Of a stretch of 49,682 nucleotides of DNA, positions 40,291-49,682 are shown one piece after another. Below the pieces are notes generated by a model. The model had not been told where the DNA came from and did no database searches. It saw only the letters and a list, made by a program, of their open reading frames with translations. Numbering within the stretch: the first letter of the stretch is position 1; the number at the start of each line of letters is the position of its first letter. The position numbers and the translations under genes are program-made. This DNA comes from Bugula neritina (Eukaryota; Animalia; Bryozoa): positions 27,141 to 76,822 of the forward strand of contig CAXIUT010000221.1 in NCBI GenBank assembly GCA_964035545.1, given 5' to 3'.

Positions 40291-41598
40291 TCACATTTTA
40301 CCTGCCACCTTGAATCCATGCAAAAACAACTAATATTGCTTATTTTTAAAATCTACCATCTAAGAGTACAATGTCAGCATTTCCTTATCAATTCCATACA
40401 TGGCTCCTGCTATCTGACCAGCTATAGCTCCAACTGTATCACAATCTCCACCTAGATTGGAATTTATAATTGCGACTTCTTTGAAAGATTTTGTTTTCCA
40501 GACTGTGTGCAGTGCCATTGCTAGTGCATCCATGCAGTATGAACCGACATATCCTGGTTTATCGAGGGCTCTTGTTTTGGAGTAGTCGAAATCTAGTGAT
40601 TTCCAGTTCCAGTTTCTGTCTTTGATTGATTAGTTGAATGCTGTGAATTTTTTACCATATTTTTTACAAGTTTATTTGAAAAGCTCTTATGGTTATTGCA
40701 TACTTTTAGCCAAATAATGGACGCTTTAGCATTCAGCTATAAACTACTAACAAGCCAACTATAATATCTTCTTAGGATCATCAGTTTCCTTTCGTTTGTA
40801 CAATCTCACAAGTATAAAAGTCAATAATTTACAACATTACAATGCTTCTTGTCCATTATGCGTAGTCCTACTAGAACAAGCAGCAAAATGCATAGCTTCT
40901 TCAATATTATTCCTAAAAGCAATGGGAATAGGCGCCAATCTCATCAAAGATCCATTTCCATTATTAAACCGATCACCCTCTTAGCAAAAATCATTCTGAT
41001 AATTCAAAAACTAATCCATCGATATTTTGATATTCCCACCCAATCCAATAGATTCTTTCCTACCACCATTGTTTAGTCCATTTAATATCCATAAAATAAA
41101 CAGATACCTGATATGTTTAGGCACGAATTTACCTCTATTGATTATCAATGAATCAGCCATACACAGCGCCATGCTGCAATCATCAGTCCAGATACCAACT
41201 GTACCAGCTCTTGGTTCCAGTAATCCGCATCGAATAGCTTAGATGACATCATTGAATCCATTTTTAACTATCTGTAAGCCGTTTTTATCGTATGGTATAA
41301 ATTCTGTGCTGGCGCCCAATGCATCGCATATGCCTAGACCAAGAAACGATGCGATGCATCTTTATGTTTCTTTGTCTAATGCGAGATATTCCGGTTCAAA
41401 GTTATTAGCTTGTTTCATTTGTGCGAATATTTCACTGTAGAATCGCCGGGTTTAGTCTTTAACATGGATTATGCTGTATCTGTTGAGTAAATCTCTGGGA
41501 ATGGATTTGAAGTTTTTGAGGTAATACTATAGTTTATCTAGAGAGAGGAAGGACACAAACTATTAGTAAGATTTGATGCTATGTTTTGATCCCATCAT
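40291..41598 (-). CDS. ADP-ribosylglycohydrolase (ARH/DraG family)
   Basis: GLGICDALGASTEF, GIWTDDCSMALCMADSL, NGNGSLMRLAPI, SSRTTH and NLGGDCDTVGAIAGQIAGAMYG; the metal-binding motifs are intact. Confidence 0.95.
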
Positions 41599-41633
41599 TT
41601 GATAAGTCTTTTATAAAATATAACAATGTAAAA

Positions 41634-42629
41634 TCATTAATCGAATCTATGCTATGCTATTGATGATCGATCGTTATTTTTACATATTTTACCTGCTATC
41701 CTTGGTGATTTTATCATATAAATTTTATTTTTTTATTATTTCTAATCTGTTTACGTATCGATTCTCAAATTTTTTATTATTCTTTTTGATGTATTTTTCT
41801 GTATTGATCTACTTTTTTATTCATTATTACTTTTATCCATTTTGTTTCTAAATTGGATCAGTTATACTACGCTACCTTATCTCTTTCTTTACTGTCTTTG
41901 AAATTGTGGGTACTATCCTTCTTACTATTACTGTTATTCAGTTGTCTATTATTTGATGGCTTGGTGTTTGTTGGTTTGATTCCAGAGGTAATCGATATCT
42001 TTGAAAAATGTTTTATTTTGTTTAGGTTATTCATCCTTTATTTATGTCTATTAGAAATAGTCTTTTAAATTTTGGCTGACAATTCTTTGATGGTTTATAT
42101 TTTTATCCTGTTATTATATAAATGCTTGTTTATTTAGTTTATATGAATTATAAGATTACAGTATTTGTTCATATTTTATACTACTCTAATTCTTATCCTA
42201 TTTCTTATCTTTTCTTTCAATAACATCAATATTATCTTTACCTTTTACCATCTGCATTTTCTTTTTTAGTAGCTATTCAATTTTAGTCTTACCCTAACTC
42301 TTCTTATCAGAAACCATCCTTTCTCTAGCATCTTTTATTCCATAATTTTATTTCAAACTAGTCAAATCAAATGATTACGATTGCTAATCCACCTTTCTTT
42401 AGGTTTATTGGGTATTAATTCTAGAAAAAGTTTATTTATCAGTTGATACTCTATTCCTTATACTTTTTTCTATAACAGAAGGAAGTCCAAAATTAGTCGG
42501 CGATTGTATCTTTCTCATCCTATTAGCATTCTGATTGCCAAACGAGTGTGTAGGTAGATGCGCACTGGTGCTGAGCCTTTTGATTCTATCCGATATGCTT
42601 TAATAGTTGGTCATTTGATATAGCTCCAT
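41634..42629 (-). CDS. Hypothetical K/E/S-rich protein
   Basis: ATG 42629 (MELYQMTNYESISDRIKRL...), long open low-complexity frame to TGA 41634-41636. Confidence 0.55.
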
Positions 42630-42689
42630 ATATTGTTTCTAATAATAGAAAATGATAATACCAATCATTTAATAATAGTTTCAATTTGA

Positions 42690-43475
<786 letters not shown>

Positions 43476-43548
43476 TTTGATGATCTCTAATTGAATAAAA
43501 TAAAGTATCTTATGGTTAAATTTTAATAATACTATATTAAATATAATA

Positions 43549-43866
43549 ATGGGATGCGAACAAGTCAATGCAATTCAACCTCTCTCAACATCGAATCTCT
43601 AACATCGTCTAGTTCATCTAATGGTAACCAGCCAGACAAACTAGCTGATAACTCTGATATAAGTTCATAAATATGATATCGATGTAAATTTTGCGATAAA
43701 TTTTCGAGGGGATACATTACTACACTATGCATGTGCTAGAAATGATATAAAGCTAGTGAAATATCTAATAAGTAGGTAGGATACTTTGAAGAATGTAAAA
43801 AATTATCAAAAGCAGATTCCTAAAGATGTGACTCGTAGTCAGGAAATTAAAAGAATATGTTCTTGA
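43549..43866 (+). CDS. Small ankyrin-repeat protein with an MGC acylation motif
   Basis: RGDTLLHYACARNDIKLVKYLI..KNVKNYQKQIPKDV ankyrin consensus; intact 105-aa ORF. Confidence 0.85.
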
Positions 43867-43930
43867 TGGAAAGTTATATTTTATGGTTTTATCATAATTA
43901 ATAGAATATAGATTTATTGTTATAATTTGG

Positions 43931-44596
43931 ATGATTAAAACAATCACACGATTAGCTAAGGATCTAAGTAGGATAAAATAGTATAAATAAACACTTTTTG
44001 TGTCGAGTAAAAGAGGTAGTTTGTGTATGAGAAATTTGTTTTAGTTTGGTAAGTCTAAAAAAACAAAAACTACTGTATAAAAAATACCAACTATTAATAT
44101 TAGTCAGTTGAATCCTAAATATGATGGATTTCTTCTTTACGAGAACAAATAATCATAAAAATACAAAAAAATATCAGCTTTTTTTCTTTTTTGTTTCCTT
44201 TCTGGAATATGGACATATACTCAACTACAAGATGACTAGTTGAAGATAAATTATATGATTCTTGGATCGATAGCTATCATTCCTTTCTTGATTTTTCAAT
44301 TTAGAACATCAAAAACTCTTAAAAGACTTGTCCTTGATAAACAGGGATAAAAAATAGTGCTTACTAGGTATAGAATGGGTGGAATACAAGAAGAATCGAC
44401 TGAAGCAAAGGTGTAAGTTTTGAAAGGAATAGGAAAGGCATATTTTTTCGGAGGAAATGTTATCAAAGGAGGAGGAGTCTATGGAATGTAGTAGAGAGAT
44501 TACTGGTTCCAACAAAAATACATAACAAACCATAATATATTCGAGCAAGTAACTCAAGGTAGTAGGATAAAAGTTGATAAATCAAAAACATTTTGA
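43931..44596 (+). CDS. Two-TM putative mitochondrial protein (TMEM70/TMEM186/TMEM223-like)
   Basis: Basic presequence-like N-terminus, LLYE, two TM helices, then RTSKTLKRLVLDKQGEKIVLTRY. The family call is by pattern only. Confidence 0.55.
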
Positions 44597-44611
44597 TGAT
44601 ACATGACAGAA

Positions 44612-47600
44612 TCAATATATTTTATTTATTTTGACATCTTGCTTCAAATCGAACATCCCAGTTCCAAGAGCAATAGGCTGCCCCATGATAATTTTCTATG
44701 AAGCGCCTCTCATTCGATCATGTTTTCCCATACTAGCAGCATCGAATAAGAAATCAGTAGTTTTCTAGAAAGATGCTAACATGATAGTCGAATCTTTCAT
44801 CTTATCTACTCCATTTCTAGTAAATCCAATAATTTTACCTTTACATGTCATGACTTATGATAGCAAATTGATATGTCTTGGGTTGACGTTGACTCCATGT
44901 TGTCTCATAGTTTATGTTATCTGGTTGATGATACTCTGTCTGGCTGCTTCTATACCTAGACATTATTATATCTATGTGATATGATTAGAAAATGACTTTC
45001 TTGTGTCGACTCCATCAGTATCTAATACTTTTTTCAATCCCATACCCTAGGCATAGATAATATGTTTTTACTAATTTTATTTGGATATCAATGCTCTATT
45101 GATAGATGTAATACCTCCAATAACTACATTGACTAATTTTCTTCTTAATGATTTCAATTCAAACATTAGATTTGTTTTTGTTATTGGAATTATGTTGATG
45201 CAATTGATATTGGTTACCTATGATTTTTTTATTTTGCTTTTGAGGGAAGCATCGATAGCTCGCTTTATATCCTATGCTGATAATTTTATCTGAAATTCTT
45301 ATATTATCTTTGTGTCGAGGATTATATTTAGTGAACATTATGCTAGACCATAGATTTATTCTATTGAATGAAGAATTTTACCTAGAGTTAGTTTCTATAC
45401 TATATTTTTTACAGCAACTGCTCCATTTTTACTAGCATTTTTCAAATAAATAGTAATAATAGGAGTAGCTATATTTTTAGTATTATTTATTATCTAGTTA
45501 ACCCGAGGTACACCCTGTGTAATATTCATACTAGAAATTCCAGCAAAATGAAAAGTTTTCAGTGTCATTTGAGTAGCAGGCTCACCTATACTTTGAGCAG
45601 TCAAAGCACCAATAGCTTATCCAGGTTCTATGATACATCGATTAATTCTTTTGATATATATACTGAAAAACAATTTTAGCTGACAATCTGTTATTCCATT
45701 GAATGAATTTTTAAGATATTATATATCTTGTTTATTTTTACATTTAATTCTCAGATAATCTTGCTATAATTTATCAGCTTTATCAATGAAATATTCTTTT
45801 AGGTTTTTTAGTAATACTTATTTGAATTAATCTTCAAGTCCTATGATATAATTTTTTTATATTATTTATTTTATTTATTATTCGACTCTTATCTTTATTT
45901 ATTTTGGTAGTAAATATTTTTGTTTTGATAGTTAACTACCTAATAAACTTTTCACATATTCTTATAAATATTTAAAGTTTATTGGATTTTTGTTCTACTA
46001 TGTTTTCATAGGATCTAAACCATCATCTCCATATCTGAACTGAATTATCTATTTTCTGTCGCATGTTCTCACTGTGTAATCATACATTACTGCAACATCT
46101 TCGATCAGTTTTATCAGTCTACGTTGCATATAACCTGTATCAGCTGTCTTTACTGCAGTGTCAATGATACCCTAGCGACCACCCATAGTGTGGAAAAAGA
46201 ATTAAGTGGCTGTTAGACCTGATTCAAAGCTGTTCTTTACGAATCCTCGAGCTTATGGAGTTTATATAAGTCGATTGAAGTGAGGGAGAGATCTTTATGT
46301 GAAACCATATGTAATTCTTTTACCTCCTACTGTCTGTTGACCTACACATCCAATCATCTGACTCAAGTTGACTGCATTTCCCTTGCTTCCACACAAAGCC
46401 ATGATCAGAGGTTTATTGTATCTATCTAGATATTTGATGCAGTTATCTCCAACAGTTTCTCTAACTTTAGATAAAGTTGAGTTGAGCAATGATTCGAGGG
46501 TTTAATCTATGGACATACCAGGTTTAGCATGAAGTTATCCTCGTTTGAACTATCCTAGATATCCACGATACAGATCATAGGCTTTAACTATTTCTGAATT
46601 ATTGATTGTTTTTAGTTATTTTGATGGAGTTACATCTGATAGTCCTATTGTCATACCATAATTAGAAAGCCATCTTGCTGACAACTTTGATATTCTGTGC
46701 ATAATCTAACATGCAACTTCATTGGTGTTATCTCTGAGCAAATTATAAATCAAGCCTGTTTTGTTACCACCAAGTGTAGTTTTTCCGATTTGTCCAAGTA
46801 GTAGTTATCCATTTTTGAAGAGTACTAATCCATCTTTAAGACATCTGTAGTCATTTCCACTGTATATTTTTTATTTTGTTGTGAAATTTACCATAACTCT
46901 TGCAAATCTGTTTGGTCTTAGAACTGCACTGAAGACTTGCTTTCCTGTCCATAGAATAGCTGGCTTCATGATAGTGGGAGGAGGGAGATCTATCAATTCA
47001 TTTGCATCTGTGAACCATGAAAGAATCTATGTGAATTAGTAACGAGAGAAGAAGGTATCTTTATTTGTCATTAGAAAAGAAGTTGTTAAAAAATCTTGTA
47101 TTAATGCTATAATAGGTTATCCACTTTTTGGTGTGACAATGTTTTGAGTTACTCCCATCAGATATTCAACTTCACTTCTTGCTTAAATTGTTTGAGGAAC
47201 ATGAATATTCATCTAGTCACCATCAAAGTCAGCATTGAAAGGACTACAAACACATTAATTGAATCTTAGAGTTTTTCCTTCACTAACTTTGACTTTGAAA
47301 CCCATCATGCTGATTCTGTGTAGACTGGGTTGTCTATTGAAAATAACTATATCTCCATCTCTGAGATGTCTTTATACAGTATCACCGGTTCTTAGTTGTA
47401 GTTTGCTACGAGAAGAATAGAGAGATAGTTTTTATCCATTGCGATTGATGATAAAATTGGCTCCTCCTTTGCGACTATTACCTCTTTATATACATTATTT
47501 AAGCATATCAATATTGTATTTGTTTACTGTCTAGCGTATGGTTAGGATTTTAGTCATAAATTCTGGTACGATGACTTGGTTTGGTCTGAGATTAGGATCT

Positions 47601-48721
47601 GGAGAGATGACAGTTCTTCCAGTATAGTTACTTCTTTTACCTGATAAATTTTGTCTGAATCTACCTTGTTTTCCTTTCAACCTGGTGCAAAAAGATCTGA
47701 TATACATGTGTTTTAGTTCCTGCACTGGTAGCCCTGGAGCATCAGAATTGATATATTGTGACCAATGTGATTGCATCAAATACCATGATTTAACTATTTT
47801 ATGCAACTAATCTCCACGAATGATATTATCTTTGATTCTATTGTTCAGAAAAACTATTTATTTTATTTTTATTGTGAGATCATCTTCATTTGACAATGAA
47901 TTTGTTAACATTATACTTGGACGGATGCACATTGGTGGTATTACTAGATGCTAGATTATGAAGTTTGAGATATCAGTTCCTGTTCCAATATTTAATAATA
48001 TTATCTATTATTTAGGTATATTTAATAATATTTTTCTTGCTTATAAAGTATTTAATTCATATATTGATTAATCTATTTTTTTATCATAGCCATCGATAAC
48101 ACCTCGTTTTATTTTTTATTCTATTATCTATTTCTTTCTATATTAGTGTTAAATAATACAATTGACTATGTTTTACTTATATCTTTCCATTTATTTTTGC
48201 TAACTTTTGAACTGCTGGATTACTATACTTACAATGCGGACATTTTAAATTTTTACTTGCTTATTTAAAGATCTTTCTAAAGAGAGCCTGTCTAGAAATA
48301 TAATTATGTTAAACTTTCTTCATTTTATGGATATAACTTCTTATTTCTGACTCATCTAGCAATACTTTATAGCATCTTTTACAAACCATTTTCAAAATTA
48401 GGATCAAATGCTTGAAATAACCAGTATGATAGATAGGTAAACACAACTTTGTATGTCCAAAATGTCCAATACAGTTTTCTAGGTCGTTGCCACAAGTAGA
48501 GCATCTCAGTAATTTTGTACCTACACCCATACGACTGTCAATTGGTCCGTTTAGAACTGGAGTGAGAGGACCATTGTATAGTTATGAGTTGGTGATTTAT
48601 GCATGTGAGATGTGAAGGATGTCGGTAGGAGAGAGAATGGAGAAGTCTATTGATTTTCTAGGTTGATGATGAGGTACATGCGAGATGGTTTGCTTTGGGC
48701 TTACTATCGGATTGGAATCAT
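44612..48721 (-). CDS. RPC1: RNA polymerase III largest subunit
   Basis: [55 protein letters not shown] (Pol III-type context), [15 protein letters not shown] and [18 protein letters not shown]. No CTD; one 20-nt intron near the start. Confidence 0.96.
48658..48677 (-). other. 20-nt intron in RPC1
   Basis: GTACCTCATCATCAACCTAG on the minus strand; removal gives [13 protein letters not shown]. Confidence 0.85.
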
Positions 48722-49132
48722 ATCTATAACAAGGGATTTCTTTTATGATATCAACAAACTATGTTATTTTGATTATTTTAACAATATGATATCGATATTA
48801 ATGTAATCTATTGTTGCAGTTTGAAGATCATGTATTTTTAGAATAAATTTCAAGAGTTAATTATTGGAATTTATTTGATATTTTATAAACTTTGATGTGT
48901 TTCAGTCTTTTTATGCCTGAGATCTCATCAAATATCGACAAAACAAAAAGCTAGATCAGTATTAGAGTGTTTCTTATCTAAAATAGATCGTTTTATTGAT
49001 TTAAATATCAGAATTAAGATTTAAATGGACTTTAAATTGCAAAATTATCATTTAATAATTTTTAAATCATTTAAACTTCATGAATATCTCACTAAGTAAC
49101 TATTTAATGAAAAGATATAATAACTATGATGA

Positions 49133-49321
49133 TCATGATAAGTTGAACTTTTTTTTGAGAAAATAAAAAGTCGTGAGCCATGCTAGACCAAAGAAGATTC
49201 CTCCAACTAAAGGCTATCCAACTGAATGTTTCATGTATTATTTTATTTGCTACCAATTGATGTTATCATCTTCTTCCTCTTATTTTTTACCCTATTGTTA
49301 TCTGATAAAGGGACCTTGCAT
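49133..49321 (-). CDS. 62-aa single-pass membrane microprotein (Mim1/TOM13-like pattern)
   Basis: MQGPFIREQEGKKEEEEDDNINWEQIKEYMKHSVGEPLVGGIFFGLAWLTTFYFLKKKFNLS-TGA: acidic N-terminus, P-x-x-GG-x-x-x-G TM helix and basic tail. It is a GC-richer island in the AT-rich subtelomere. Confidence 0.65.
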
Positions 49322-49619
49322 GTTTTAATTATGATTATCAAATTAAATCTTTCAATTTATGATGAATAGATATTATCAATTTAAGTTTAATAGATTAATT
49401 TTAATGCCTATTTAGAAGAATTTTAAACATTTAATTTTTTCGATGATCTTTTTGATTCTTATTACTATCTTAGCTTTAATATTATCTTAAATAAAGATGC
49501 TTCTTGTTTAAATGTTGACTAGAATATTTAATTTTATCATGATAAATATCTAATATTCTCATGTTATTTTTATTATTTTGTTACCTGATCAGAATTATTT
49601 AGATTACTATAAAAAGTAT

Positions 49620-49682
49620 GGGGTTGGGGTTGGGGTTGGGGTTGGGGTTGGGGTTGGGGTTGGGGTTGGGGTTGGGGTTGGG
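49620..49682 (+). repeat. Right telomere (GGGGTT)n
   Basis: About 10 perfect GGGGTT units at the very end, oriented opposite to the left telomere. Confidence 0.98.

Overview
This window is a complete, telomere-to-telomere ~49.7 kb ciliate macronuclear chromosome, with (C4A2)n at the left end and (G4T2)n at the right end. The supplied ORF track is largely misleading because TAA and TAG are both sense codons for GLUTAMATE and TGA is the only stop (peritrich nuclear code, NCBI table 30). This is read directly from invariant Glu positions in RNA Pol III RPC1, TypA, a kinesin, a DYRK kinase and a Rab. Re-read in that code, the molecule holds about 30 tightly packed genes with sparse 20-22 nt GTA...AG introns: a TPR protein, TypA/BipA, DYRK, Rae1, Myb, MATE, a large USP, two tandem V8-type protease-TPR fusions, ZnT, EMC1, kinesin-9, MORN, two HMG-box proteins, an ADP-ribosylhydrolase, Rab6-like, ankyrin, TMEM70/186/223-like, RPC1 and a Mim1-like microprotein. 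The best candidate for an undescribed system is the intronless tandem pair of cytosolic glutamyl-endopeptidase-type proteases fused to TPR arrays (22.1-26.4 kb). Other notable signals are a near-universal TGA-T stop context, stopless 3n micro-introns, alternating C/A-rich and G/T-rich blocks, and a TFAM-like mitochondrial HMG protein. The left ~13 kb has many single-base indels that look like sequencing errors, so some gene ends there are approximate. All translations and counts were done by eye and no database searches were run.
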